From: an uncultured bacterium
Lineage (GTDB): Bacteria; Babelota; Babeliae; Babelales; Babelaceae
Direction of reading: 5' to 3'
Assembly: GCA_963819815.1 (NCBI GenBank)
Contig: CAWFXL010000001.1
Location: 768,001 to 832,000 of the forward strand
Length of the DNA stretch: 64,000 nucleotides
Position numbers and translations under genes: made by a program. The notes under the pieces are model-generated. The model made no database searches and was not told where the DNA came from. It saw nothing but the letters and a program-made list of their open reading frames with translations. Positions 29,657-39,270 of the stretch are shown one piece after another (positions within the stretch are counted from its first letter, which is position 1; every line of letters begins with the position of its first letter).

Positions 29657-30631
29657 TCACTTCACCTGCGTTTCTTTTTCTTTCCCACGTTTGAGGGGAA
29701 AGCTCTCACCTTGCACAAAATGTTTTGTTCCTTGAGGTGCATAAAAATAGGTTAACGTACTCGATGCTAAGTCTTTACCCATAGTAATTACTGCATAAGC
29801 AGAAGTGCTATACCCATATCTCAGCGTATATTCAAGAGATGGGCTTGAAATCAGATGCCAAGATGAATCTGCATGCTGCAGACCCTTCATAGTTGCCCAA
29901 TCAATCTTTTGATCATCACTATCGATTATTCCCGCAAGAGTTCCTTCAGAATAATAGCAAAGATCATTCAAGTGACATACGGACTGTATCGGTCCATTAT
30001 TAACAGGATAGCATGCGATTCTATCAAATTGAGAACTATCAGCACCATAGGGTCCAATACGGACTGGCAGCTCATTAAGATTTTCAGCAAGAAGATAGAG
30101 TGCACGCGGCAGGGTTCCATAAAAAGCTCCTACCGTTCGTGCTTGAAGAAAAGACATCCCCTTGCTAAACAAGGAAAGGTCCTGCAATTTTCCAAGATCG
30201 TCCTGAGGACCACGAAGATACCAGACCATCTGGGAATTCTGTTCAATGAGTTGAGCAAGAGTCTCAAGCACCTGTCCATTAGTTGAAGTTGGCCCAAGGA
30301 ACGGACCATTCATGATCAGAAAGTGATCCTTTTTTAATGTCCCTTTCAAAGAAAGCACCGAGGATCGCGTAAGTTCATCAAGTATCTGCCTGAGCGACTC
30401 ATAATTGCCAAGAACATTTCCCAAGAGGATGATCTGCGAGCCTTCAGGTAGTGAGATAACAAAGGCTTGCTTACCTTGGTATCCTTCCTGCTTTCGCACA
30501 TCTGTAAGATGAGAAAGCGTGCGCATGAGCCGTTCTGCCGGCAGCGACCTTAGGTAGAGGATCTGAATTCCTCGTGCCAATAACAGTCCACCTAGAATCG
30601 CAAGGGGCCATACAAGATAGCGTACTTTCAT
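29657..30631 (-). CDS. Membrane-anchored degenerate metallophosphoesterase (PPP-like pseudophosphatase)
   Basis: N-terminal hydrophobic helix; GNVLG / GPFLG / LRGPQD / TLPRALYL / ISSPS at PPP motif spacing; paralog of the N-half of the 764-aa ORF. Confidence 0.65.
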   Translation of the reverse strand: MKVRYLVWPLAILGGLLLARGIQILYLRSLPAERLMRTLSHLTDVRKQEGYQGKQAFVISLPEGSQIILLGNVLGNYESLRQILDELTRSSVLSLKGTLKKDHFLIMNGPFLGPTSTNGQVLETLAQLIEQNSQMVWYLRGPQDDLGKLQDLSLFSKGMSFLQARTVGAFYGTLPRALYLLAENLNELPVRIGPYGADSSQFDRIACYPVNNGPIQSVCHLNDLCYYSEGTLAGIIDSDDQKIDWATMKGLQHADSSWHLISSPSLEYTLRYGYSTSAYAVITMGKDLASSTLTYFYAPQGTKHFVQGESFPLKRGKEKETQVK

Positions 30632-32926
30632 CTAGGCCTCTTTATCGATTTTTTGTTCGATCCATTCATGTTTTCCTACATCGAGCCACAATTCATGAAC
30701 GAGCTCACGGGTGTCAGGATCAAAGGTAAGAGGAAGACCCTTATACTGTTCGTCTTTCATCGTTGCTATAATCTTATTTATAGAATCGATTGAAAAGTCC
30801 GCAGCTTTACTGAGTATATGCAGCATTAAACTCGAACTAATGTACCCTTCTAAGGTAAATACATCAGCCAATGAGAGCCCTTGCTCACTCAATGCTCGAC
30901 GGAATTCTTTAACGATAGGTAAAGTACTCGTCATAGGATTTGGAGCAAACTGTGAGATAATCAGATCAAGACCACGCTGAGCTACAAACTTTTTAAATGA
31001 CTCATCAGCAAGATCAGATAAGGCAAACAGTTTTTTACCAATAAAGAATTCAACTCCTGCTTGGCGAATAAATTCGGTCGCTGCCAACGAGGTTGAAAAG
31101 AATCCAAGACCGGTAACTGATGCCTCTTTGATCTGCTTTATTTGCGAAGCAAATGTAGTAGTATTACGCTCATAGCCAACATTAACTGCCTGCTTAATCC
31201 CCTCTTTTTTAATCACCTGGTTCGACCCTTCCAAGGCACCAAGTCCGTAGGAATCGCTCTGATAAAGCAAGGCAAAGTTACGCACTTTAAGTGTATCGAT
31301 CATATACCGAGTAAGCGCGAGAGCTTCAGTCTTATAGGATGCTCGCCAATGGACAATTCCCTTAATATCTGCCTTCCTAAATATCGGGGCACCCGTTATC
31401 GGGAAAAAGAGAAAGATCTTTTCTTGCTTTACAAGATCAATATACGTTTCTAGCGTTGGACTTCCAAGATTGCAAAGAAAGAGATTACTCGAATATTTCG
31501 TGATAAATTCTTCAACATTTTGGCGGGCCTTTTCTGGCGAATACTCGTCATCCATAAATACTACGCGCACCGTTTGACCATTAATACCCCCTTCTGCATT
31601 TATTTTATTTATACGGAGTGCAATACCATCCCGTACAGCTCTCCCTATGGGCGATCCTCCCTTTGTAAGATCAAGTGTACACCCAATATATAAAGGAGCC
31701 TTCTCCGGTTTTTTCACCGCATGGTTTTGGCCTTTCTTGCAAGCCTCAAGCTCTTTTTGAACTTTTAAAGAGGGTATAAAATGATTTTCGCCCTGTGGTA
31801 AAATCAATGCTGTATTCATAAGACTTCTGCCTGTCATAGCCTCATAGTAAGCTCGTTTATGAAAGCCATCAAGCTCTACAACATCTTGTGCATAGAGAGT
31901 AAGCACACTTTGAGGAAAAGGATTCTCAATCGTAAGAATGACAAATGCATCGTACAGGAAAGAAAAGTTATGGCGATACCAAAAGTTAGGAGCACTAAAC
32001 AAGGCCCAGGTAAGCCCACCTTCTTGCGAAGGAACCAGCGCTAACCCAAAATTCTGGCGATAGCTCATGAGCCGATGCTCACCGGTAATATGGACATGAG
32101 GAACAATCCCCTTCTCTTTATCCTGTGCCATAGGGCATATGAGCAACTTTCCTTCCGATCCTTTCAAAGCAGGGCATCTGAGTTCTGACGAAGAAGGTAC
32201 ATCACTGATCTTAATCACCTGATTACGATCCTGGAGAAACAGCGCACGCGGTAATGTAGAAAAAAATCGTGAAATAGGGGCATCAAGGTTTGTGGATCCC
32301 GACCGTTGGATAAGCTCTCTTTTTAGACCATACCCTAACCAGGTATTCTCAGCTTCTTGGCTTCCTGCAATATAGATAACCTGGGATGGATTTACTTTCA
32401 TAAGCTCTAAAAGCAGTGTAAGCGTTTCCAAATTAAGTGGCGAGTTATCAACGACGTTCCCAAGTGATACGATAAAGGTATCTGGTTTGGTAATCTTTAA
32501 GCTTTCGTCTATGATACCCCGTGCTGCAAGCTCGGTAAGAACGCGTACCAGAGAATGAAATGCCCCATATAAAGGACCGAGCATAATAAATTCTGAGCCC
32601 GTACGAGGATTCATAACAAGCTCATACACACCCTGATAGCCCTGCTTTTCACGCGCGAGCGTCACCTCTGAAAGAAGTTGAGTAAATTTCTGAATGGTCC
32701 AATGGGAATCTTCAATACCCAAGAACATGAGAGTTCGCGATAGGTACGAAGGGCCCTGCTGCCGATACCAGGATGCATAATCTGGATAAAACTGATTTAC
32801 CCCTACCTGGACATGGGGAGCTTCTTGAATAGTCATTGCATAGTTCTGAGCTTGCTTAAGCGTAAAAGTACCTTCAAGAGGAGCTCCCATGATTAAGCCC
32901 AGAATCAATATGCTACTTCGTTTCAT
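30632..32926 (-). CDS. Secreted fusion: PPP-like pseudophosphatase + type I periplasmic binding (Venus flytrap) domain
   Basis: N-half GPLYG, GNVVDNSP, AGSQE, FSAPNF; C-half IGCTLDLT..G..INAEGGING..V..MDDEYSP, YQSDSYG. Confidence 0.8.
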   Translation of the reverse strand: MKRSSILILGLIMGAPLEGTFTLKQAQNYAMTIQEAPHVQVGVNQFYPDYASWYRQQGPSYLSRTLMFLGIEDSHWTIQKFTQLLSEVTLAREKQGYQGVYELVMNPRTGSEFIMLGPLYGAFHSLVRVLTELAARGIIDESLKITKPDTFIVSLGNVVDNSPLNLETLTLLLELMKVNPSQVIYIAGSQEAENTWLGYGLKRELIQRSGSTNLDAPISRFFSTLPRALFLQDRNQVIKISDVPSSSELRCPALKGSEGKLLICPMAQDKEKGIVPHVHITGEHRLMSYRQNFGLALVPSQEGGLTWALFSAPNFWYRHNFSFLYDAFVILTIENPFPQSVLTLYAQDVVELDGFHKRAYYEAMTGRSLMNTALILPQGENHFIPSLKVQKELEACKKGQNHAVKKPEKAPLYIGCTLDLTKGGSPIGRAVRDGIALRINKINAEGGINGQTVRVVFMDDEYSPEKARQNVEEFITKYSSNLFLCNLGSPTLETYIDLVKQEKIFLFFPITGAPIFRKADIKGIVHWRASYKTEALALTRYMIDTLKVRNFALLYQSDSYGLGALEGSNQVIKKEGIKQAVNVGYERNTTTFASQIKQIKEASVTGLGFFSTSLAATEFIRQAGVEFFIGKKLFALSDLADESFKKFVAQRGLDLIISQFAPNPMTSTLPIVKEFRRALSEQGLSLADVFTLEGYISSSLMLHILSKAADFSIDSINKIIATMKDEQYKGLPLTFDPDTRELVHELWLDVGKHEWIEQKIDKEA

Positions 32927-32927
32927 A

Positions 32928-33977
32928 CTAGCCTTTCACAATCCAAATGAATGCGATAATTACGAATGCATGTAACAGGAGCACGATTGTTCGAGGATAC
33001 CTATCTCGAATTCCTGGTATCCCCACATTGATAAAAAAGGCCATACAAACGGCAAACAGAAATAAGAAGAAGAGTGAGTCACTCTCCATAAAATACCCAA
33101 CTTGAGGAGCAAGCCGATCAATCACAAATCGATAGGCCAAAATACCGGTTATAGCTCCTGCCGTTAAGGAAGCAATGGAAGTTTTATAATTTTCCATATC
33201 AAGAGCGAAAGTGAACATCGCCATAAAAAAGAGCAGAAGCAAAGGGAAAATAATCAAAATCGCCTGACGCACCCCCGAATGTACAAAATCTAAAGCAAAG
33301 ATAACTCGTGGGTGAGCTACATCATATTCCCGATGCGATTTGTCCACGCGAGCAACTGAATACCCTGGATACACGCGGGTCCCATAGATTTTCCATCCTG
33401 CATAGGAAAGCTCTGGTGAAAGCACCAGCTCATCATAGGTTGAATCAAATATCACCTCCCCTGGAGAGACATTATTATTATCCATGGTAATACATATCGT
33501 ATGGCTATCAAAAGGAAATGCGGCAAATGTTGGGTTAGCTTTAAAGCTTACTCGAATATCATAGCGCGCGAGTAGCTTCCCTTGCACGATCCTGGTAGAC
33601 GGTTGCGATATTGAGAGAATCTTCCCCTTTTCAAAAGAAAATTTTCCTAAGGTATCGAGCGAAACGATACTCGGATCAAAATAGAACCAGAGGATTCCTG
33701 AAAACTCAAAGCGGTTATCGACGATATTAAACTCTGAAAAGTCCCTGATATACAGACCAACTTTCACCTCTGCAGGTTGCCCCATTTGTTCAATAGTCTT
33801 GGGCAAAATGGGAAGCAGCTCAGGCATCGGGTCAAGGGTATCTGAGGAACTTGAAATAAATTCCTGACTTGCACGATACATAAAAAAGCAGATCAGTACC
33901 GCCGAGAAAAGAATCGTATATACTGAAAAGTATGCCATCGATTCTGATGTGAATACTGGCAGATTTTTTTGCTCCAT
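32928..33977 (-). CDS. Prokaryotic pentameric ligand-gated ion channel (GLIC/ELIC-like)
   Basis: VKVGLYIRDF..F...G.LWF, Pro-loop FPFDSH, GW in beta9, M1 with IIFP, M2-M3 loop LAPQVGYF..D, four C-terminal TMs. Confidence 0.88.
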   Translation of the reverse strand: MEQKNLPVFTSESMAYFSVYTILFSAVLICFFMYRASQEFISSSSDTLDPMPELLPILPKTIEQMGQPAEVKVGLYIRDFSEFNIVDNRFEFSGILWFYFDPSIVSLDTLGKFSFEKGKILSISQPSTRIVQGKLLARYDIRVSFKANPTFAAFPFDSHTICITMDNNNVSPGEVIFDSTYDELVLSPELSYAGWKIYGTRVYPGYSVARVDKSHREYDVAHPRVIFALDFVHSGVRQAILIIFPLLLLFFMAMFTFALDMENYKTSIASLTAGAITGILAYRFVIDRLAPQVGYFMESDSLFFLFLFAVCMAFFINVGIPGIRDRYPRTIVLLLHAFVIIAFIWIVKG

Positions 33978-34004
33978 CTGTTCGATCCTATCACTTCATA
34001 TACT

Positions 34005-35252
34005 CTAAAAAAAATAGAGTGCTTCTAGCAAGATACGGTACACTGCTGTAGGAACAGCATGAACTACCTGCGCTCTATTGTTCAGTCTACCATACGCAGA
34101 CCAAGTAATATCAAGTTCTGCTCCAAATTGGAATAGATTTGTTTTATATCTGATACGTGGCGCAAACCTTCCCAGATAGGCAAGGGTAGGATCTAGAGCA
34201 AATACCACCGGCTGCTTCGTCGTTTTATCAATATAGAGGCGATGCGATGATCCGAGTGCCTTTGTATACCCAAGAAAACCTCCAACGCTCACCGTTTCAT
34301 TATGAAACCAATACGCAGTATCTATCCATGCGCTCACTGCTTGGGTATTTGCAAAGCTTTGCTGACCGGTAACAGGGTTTATAGATCTGACAGCAAAGCC
34401 ACTTAAAAGAAGTAGACTTGCACCATTCTGGTCATAAATAAACTTGGTCCGCACCTGGAATTTTTTGCCATTATAGGCCGCATAGAGCTCGCAACAAGCA
34501 CTATCAATTTTCTCATGAACAGCAAACCCCTTCTCACTCTCTATATGAGGAGCGATCCGTTTATAATTACCGCCCGCCCCTATGACCACATCCGTATAAG
34601 GAAACAAGCGTACTTGAGCATGAATCTCAGGTATCAACCCATTTCTCGTAATGTCTGTCGTCCCAATAGGTCCTAGAACTGGATAATCAGGACCTACAAT
34701 GAAGGCCAGAATAAATTCCTTGTCAGCACCTCGTGCTGTAAGACGTATTTGGGGGTCTCGGTCGAGTGCCTCAATAGGTGCACCATTGGCAAATGAGATC
34801 GTTTCAGGAAAACAATCGGGGACAAACATAGGATGCCAGTACTGTCCTGCAAGGAAACTAAGGCCAGGTCTATTAATCTCTGCATAAGCATGACGCAACC
34901 GAAAGGCTCCCGTTGAGGGATCGGTTATCCCAAGAAAATCACCTTCAATAAGCCCTTTGAGCGTCCCTTCACGCCAGTTCCAAACCCCTTGCAAACCCAA
35001 CCTACTCTGTATAGCAGTAATACCGAAGTGGCCATGAGCATTAATATCTATTTTCATAGGGTCAAGCAGTACCGGCGCTGGCCAAAGAAGGACAAACCCA
35101 TCACGAGGGGCTTCCACCTGACGAGTATCAAAAAAAAGGTCTGCTGCGGCATAGCCGTAGGGAGTTACCTCAATACCACAAAAATCAATGCTTGAACTTG
35201 AGGCACTAAAGAGCAACAAAATAAAAAGAGTTACACAATGTTTTTGAAACAT
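34005..35252 (-). CDS. Outer-membrane porin (DcaP-like beta-barrel)
   Basis: Signal peptide from ATG 35252; YGY, SRLG, IEGDF, FRLRHAY, LAGQYW, PQIR; C-terminal LYFF. Confidence 0.8.
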   Translation of the reverse strand: MFQKHCVTLFILLLFSASSSSIDFCGIEVTPYGYAAADLFFDTRQVEAPRDGFVLLWPAPVLLDPMKIDINAHGHFGITAIQSRLGLQGVWNWREGTLKGLIEGDFLGITDPSTGAFRLRHAYAEINRPGLSFLAGQYWHPMFVPDCFPETISFANGAPIEALDRDPQIRLTARGADKEFILAFIVGPDYPVLGPIGTTDITRNGLIPEIHAQVRLFPYTDVVIGAGGNYKRIAPHIESEKGFAVHEKIDSACCELYAAYNGKKFQVRTKFIYDQNGASLLLLSGFAVRSINPVTGQQSFANTQAVSAWIDTAYWFHNETVSVGGFLGYTKALGSSHRLYIDKTTKQPVVFALDPTLAYLGRFAPRIRYKTNLFQFGAELDITWSAYGRLNNRAQVVHAVPTAVYRILLEALYFF

Positions 35253-35368
35253 ACCACTACTTCGGAAAAATTCGATTCTTTCGACGTAGCATACCATGAA
35301 GAACCCCTCAGGTAAATGTAGATCTCTGCATATGAATATGCTCACTATACTCGACAACTCAACTGAGA

Positions 35369-36331
35369 CTAGGCTTGTACTGCATTGTAATAATGATCAA
35401 TCCAAGCTTGAGGATTATGCATACGCGTATTACCTCTTTTGAATGCCCTCAAACCAGCATTTAAAAGATTATAGGGGTCTGCATTGCGTCGTGTATCTTT
35501 AGTATCTATAGGAAAAAGGCGACATCCTTGAAGAATACAATTACCAAGAACAATATCATTATGGTCATCACAAGTTTTTCTCAAGCGCAACAACTCTTTC
35601 CTCAGAACGTCATCTCCTGGATATACACCATAGAGCATACAAAATGTTACTAGATTTATGCCGTGCACCCATCTCAAGGGGTATGGAAGACCCTCCTTAT
35701 AAAACTCCTTATGATTGAATGTACTATGCACTTCATAGCGACGTTTTGAAGCGGGACTCTTCATTTGGGTAAACCGGGCAAGATCAAGACCCGTCTTCGG
35801 TATTGATGAAAGATATAATGAGGGGCCGGTACTCAGGGCCTTCGCCACACAAGAAATTCTTGTATTTCTCTGAAGAATCTTTTCAAAAGCTTCCGACTCA
35901 GCACACATAAATACATAATCTCCGAGCGAAGTAAGCGTAGCTATAATTCTCTGCGCGGGCAGAGTGAAGTACTGTGAAAGATCATGCACGATGACCACAT
36001 CAAAGTGCTCACAGCGACTCAAAATATCAAGCATATCAAGAGAAAGACGTGGTGGCACCATTATTGAAACTGCAGTCCTGTATATCGGCTGTACCTGCCT
36101 TATGAGGGCATCGGCATCTCCCCCTATAATAACAAGCTCGCCTATCAGCCGTTTCTGATAGGGAAGTTCGGCCAGATAGATTGAAGACTGTTCACCAATC
36201 TCTAAGAGAGTAAATGGACGCTGATAGTTGCTTATAACAGCCGTCACTGCATCGACATGAGCAGGATCAAGCTTTCCATGAACTACCTGAACTACAAAAA
36301 GTGGTATCCATAACGCGCAGAGTCTGCTCAT
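35369..36331 (-). CDS. Hypothetical protein: degenerate SAM-methyltransferase-like domain + kinase-like C-terminus
   Basis: RPFTLLEIG, EHFDVVI; HNDIVLGNCIL...PID. Confidence 0.5.
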   Translation of the reverse strand: MSRLCALWIPLFVVQVVHGKLDPAHVDAVTAVISNYQRPFTLLEIGEQSSIYLAELPYQKRLIGELVIIGGDADALIRQVQPIYRTAVSIMVPPRLSLDMLDILSRCEHFDVVIVHDLSQYFTLPAQRIIATLTSLGDYVFMCAESEAFEKILQRNTRISCVAKALSTGPSLYLSSIPKTGLDLARFTQMKSPASKRRYEVHSTFNHKEFYKEGLPYPLRWVHGINLVTFCMLYGVYPGDDVLRKELLRLRKTCDDHNDIVLGNCILQGCRLFPIDTKDTRRNADPYNLLNAGLRAFKRGNTRMHNPQAWIDHYYNAVQA

Positions 36332-36671
36332 AGTATTCCTTGCTAGAATTATTTTCAATCATTGTCTTTGAAATTTAGCGTAAGCTGCTCATTTTGACAA
36401 GAGCCTCCAGCTGCCATGTTAAAATAATGAGCATTTCTATACAGCAGTATTAAAATCTCTAAGAAACTGTAATAGAAAATGCTCAGCTTGATTTCAATGT
36501 TAGATCTAACAAGAGCTTATAACTGAGATGAAGGCTTTACAACTCACTCAATAGATACGGTTACTAATACGTCAAAATGTATCAATTTGTCTTGCAACAT
36601 TTTGTAGATCCTAAAAATTCTGGTACAGTTAGAACAAGTATAGATATACGATACACCAGAAAGGCCTATAT

Positions 36672-37691
36672 ATGATAAATAAACGTCTTATCTTAGTAGC
36701 ACTCACCTGTATCCCCTCAGGGCAGGTGTATACGTGGCCCCTGAGCGACCATACGCTTCGTGAGGGCACGTACCTCACAGCAGCATTGGTAGCCACCGGC
36801 GCACTTGCTTACACCTATATGAATAAAAAAGCTCTGCAGACAAACTATGACGCTCACCTGAAACGATTTAAAAATCAGGAGCTACTCTCTGATGGCTATG
36901 AGAAGGTCCTAGCCGCGCTTGCAGACTATAAGGACTACGTGGAAATTATAGAACGTACTAAAGGACCTGAAGATGCAGCATCTCAACTCTGTCACTATCT
37001 CACTCAGGAATTTTCCTCAAATGCCCAATTACTTCATGCATTTAAGAAAGCTGTTCTTGATAGAAAACAAGAACTTGAGAAGAAGAATAAAGATGTTGAA
37101 CGGGCTCTCCTTGGGTGGCAACATAATAAAAAGAAGGCCCTCCTTACATCACAAGGACCTCTTCTAAAAAATACCTATTCGCTCATTCTTTCAACCCTAG
37201 ACACGTTGCATAAAAATATCCCTTATATCGAAGCACAATTCTTTGCAAAAGATCATAAAGATCTTTACGTAGAAGAGCGTGCACTAGAAAAATATCTTTC
37301 AGATAGCGCACAACTCAAGTACCAGCTTGATAAGCTTATTCGTAGCAAAGCACGCGTCGGAGAAAGGTATCCTTTCCGTGCCTATGCTCAGTGGGTCGAT
37401 CACAATCATGAGCTCATCGGCAGCCTTAAAAAAGAGCTTGAAACCTTTACTTACTATGAGTTCCAGGAACCTATTGTTACCTATGTAACATCAACGTACG
37501 CAATCTTCGATATTCTCAAAAAGCAGATTAAAGGCTCGCCTGAGTTTGAGGCAGAATGCGCGCAATTCAATGCAGAATTGCTTGCACGTGCTCGTGAAGA
37601 TGAGAACCGTAAACTCAAAGAGACACTTGACCATATGAAAAAAGAAATAAATACGCTTAAAAAGCCTGTTGAAGGTTCAATAAAAGCTTAA
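36672..37691 (+). CDS. Hypothetical exported/membrane-anchored coiled-coil protein
   Basis: Signal-like N-terminus, TM segment YLTAALVATGALAY, helical remainder; AAGG SD. Confidence 0.7.
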   Translation: MINKRLILVALTCIPSGQVYTWPLSDHTLREGTYLTAALVATGALAYTYMNKKALQTNYDAHLKRFKNQELLSDGYEKVLAALADYKDYVEIIERTKGPEDAASQLCHYLTQEFSSNAQLLHAFKKAVLDRKQELEKKNKDVERALLGWQHNKKKALLTSQGPLLKNTYSLILSTLDTLHKNIPYIEAQFFAKDHKDLYVEERALEKYLSDSAQLKYQLDKLIRSKARVGERYPFRAYAQWVDHNHELIGSLKKELETFTYYEFQEPIVTYVTSTYAIFDILKKQIKGSPEFEAECAQFNAELLARAREDENRKLKETLDHMKKEINTLKKPVEGSIKA

Positions 37692-37709
37692 ATCCTGTCT
37701 TAAAAATGT

Positions 37710-37752
37710 ATCGGCACAGTGATTATGCACGTAGCATAGTATCTGTGCCGAT
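37710..37752 (+). terminator. Stem-loop downstream of 36672..37691
   Basis: ATCGGCACAG...CTGTGCCGAT with inner TATGC/GCATA pairing. Confidence 0.5.
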
Positions 37753-37800
37753 GCTCATAAGAGCACCACGCACTTGTACCTAAGGGAAAGGATTTTACCT

Positions 37801-38241
37801 ATGGCCGGCGTCAATACCACAGCAACTCATAAATTTGTTATTGTGCTCAATGAAAAGTCCCCTATTGGGAAGTTACTGAGCGCAACTGGGCAAATTGCGA
37901 TGTCACTCTATACTGAGGCAAGCCATGAACAACGTACTGCTATGAGCTTTGTACCCTTCATAGGTACAGCCAATGATAGCCTGATTAGCCTATCAACATG
38001 CTCATTCGTGGTTCTTGCAGGTACCGGCAATCAGCTCCAGACTCTCTATACTACAGCCTACAAGCAAGGCTTGCTAACAGCTATCTTCACCAGTACCATG
38101 TCCTACAGTGGTATTGAAGAGGACCTCATCAAAAAGACGGCAACGACTCCGCTCGAGCACGTAGAACCCTACGGAGTGGGACTGTTTGGACAGGTGGAAG
38201 AGCTGGCACCTTTGACGAAGAAATTTTCAGTGTTCAAATAA
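37801..38241 (+). CDS. DUF2000-like (PTH2-fold) protein
   Basis: KFVIVLNE...GK..., F.STM, YGVGLFG...L..LTKKFS. Confidence 0.7.
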   Translation: MAGVNTTATHKFVIVLNEKSPIGKLLSATGQIAMSLYTEASHEQRTAMSFVPFIGTANDSLISLSTCSFVVLAGTGNQLQTLYTTAYKQGLLTAIFTSTMSYSGIEEDLIKKTATTPLEHVEPYGVGLFGQVEELAPLTKKFSVFK

Positions 38242-38295
38242 GCACCTTATCTGAGCCATTCCAAGGATTGGAAGCTACCTTCTCTTGAAAAGAAA

Positions 38296-38745
38296 CTAAA
38301 GAACGCCCAATCTCTTGAGCTCATTACGCACATGGGAAAAATCGTATGCATGAATGCCAATAATCCCCACTTCTTGTGCCGCAACGATATTCATCTCTTG
38401 GTCATCAATAAAGACTGAGTCGCGAGGTTCAAGGTGGAACCGTGCAAGTAAGTACTGAAATATCGCAAGACTGGGCTTCTTAGCTAAAGCGGTGCTTGGT
38501 GTCACAATACCTTTAAAAGCACCCATAATATCGGGGTATTCTTGTTGGAGAATCTCCATATAAGGGATATGCATATTTGTGCAGATGTAGAGCGTATGAC
38601 CTTGTGTTTCTGCACTAACCATACACTCTTTAAGAACTTCAATGCCCTCCTTGCAAGGAACAAAGAGCTTACCCTGGGTACTGTCCTGAGTACCATGGTC
38701 AAAGAGTACTCCAGTAACATCAAAAATTATATTTTTACGCTTCAT
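38296..38745 (-). CDS. HAD-superfamily hydrolase
   Basis: IIFDVTGVLF, ICTN, KKP, FIDDQEMN..AA. Confidence 0.9.
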   Translation of the reverse strand: MKRKNIIFDVTGVLFDHGTQDSTQGKLFVPCKEGIEVLKECMVSAETQGHTLYICTNMHIPYMEILQQEYPDIMGAFKGIVTPSTALAKKPSLAIFQYLLARFHLEPRDSVFIDDQEMNIVAAQEVGIIGIHAYDFSHVRNELKRLGVL

Positions 38746-38973
38746 ACAATGGTATCTCTTTCGTGGTGAACCACATAATGAACTATTTGGTTATTTTCTG
38801 AAGGCAACCTGGTTTCATACTAGCTACATCCTAATCTGTTCGTCTGAATAGCTACATCTGCAAACTATGGCTTCTCTTGTAAAGTCCATGGATGCCTAAT
38901 GTTCCGTTTCATGAAGAACTCTAGAAGGTATCAGTTTCTTCTAACCATTATTCAGATCATCATACACTGGTCC

Positions 38974-39270
38974 TAATGTTTTTCTCTCTCTTCATATCTC
39001 CATCGAGGCCCGAAGGTAATCGTTCAATTACCGGGACAACGTAAGCTAGTATAGCACAAAAAAGGGAGGTTGTGCCAAGGAATTCTTGGTCTAAGATATG
39101 CTCTATTATCCCTTCTGCAGGTTTAAGAGGCTAACCGTGCGTTGGGCTTGTACGATTTTATAACTGGGTAGGGTTCTTGCAATTTTTGTTTCAAGCGTGC
39201 CGCTCGAGTATCAGTGAGATTATGAGGTAATGGCAGGAGCTTCTTCATGAAAATCATTATTCTTCTTCAT
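38974..39270 (-). pseudogene. Degraded tandem copy of the 39257..39715 gene
   Basis: VVPVIERLPSGLD(fs)RYEERE at ~38975-39040 matches VLPVIEQLPRGLDIRYEERD; stops and frameshift present. Confidence 0.6.

Noticed and set aside
30632..32926. Plain ABC amino-acid transporter binding protein
   Set aside because: No permease or ATPase adjacent, and half the protein is a phosphatase-like domain
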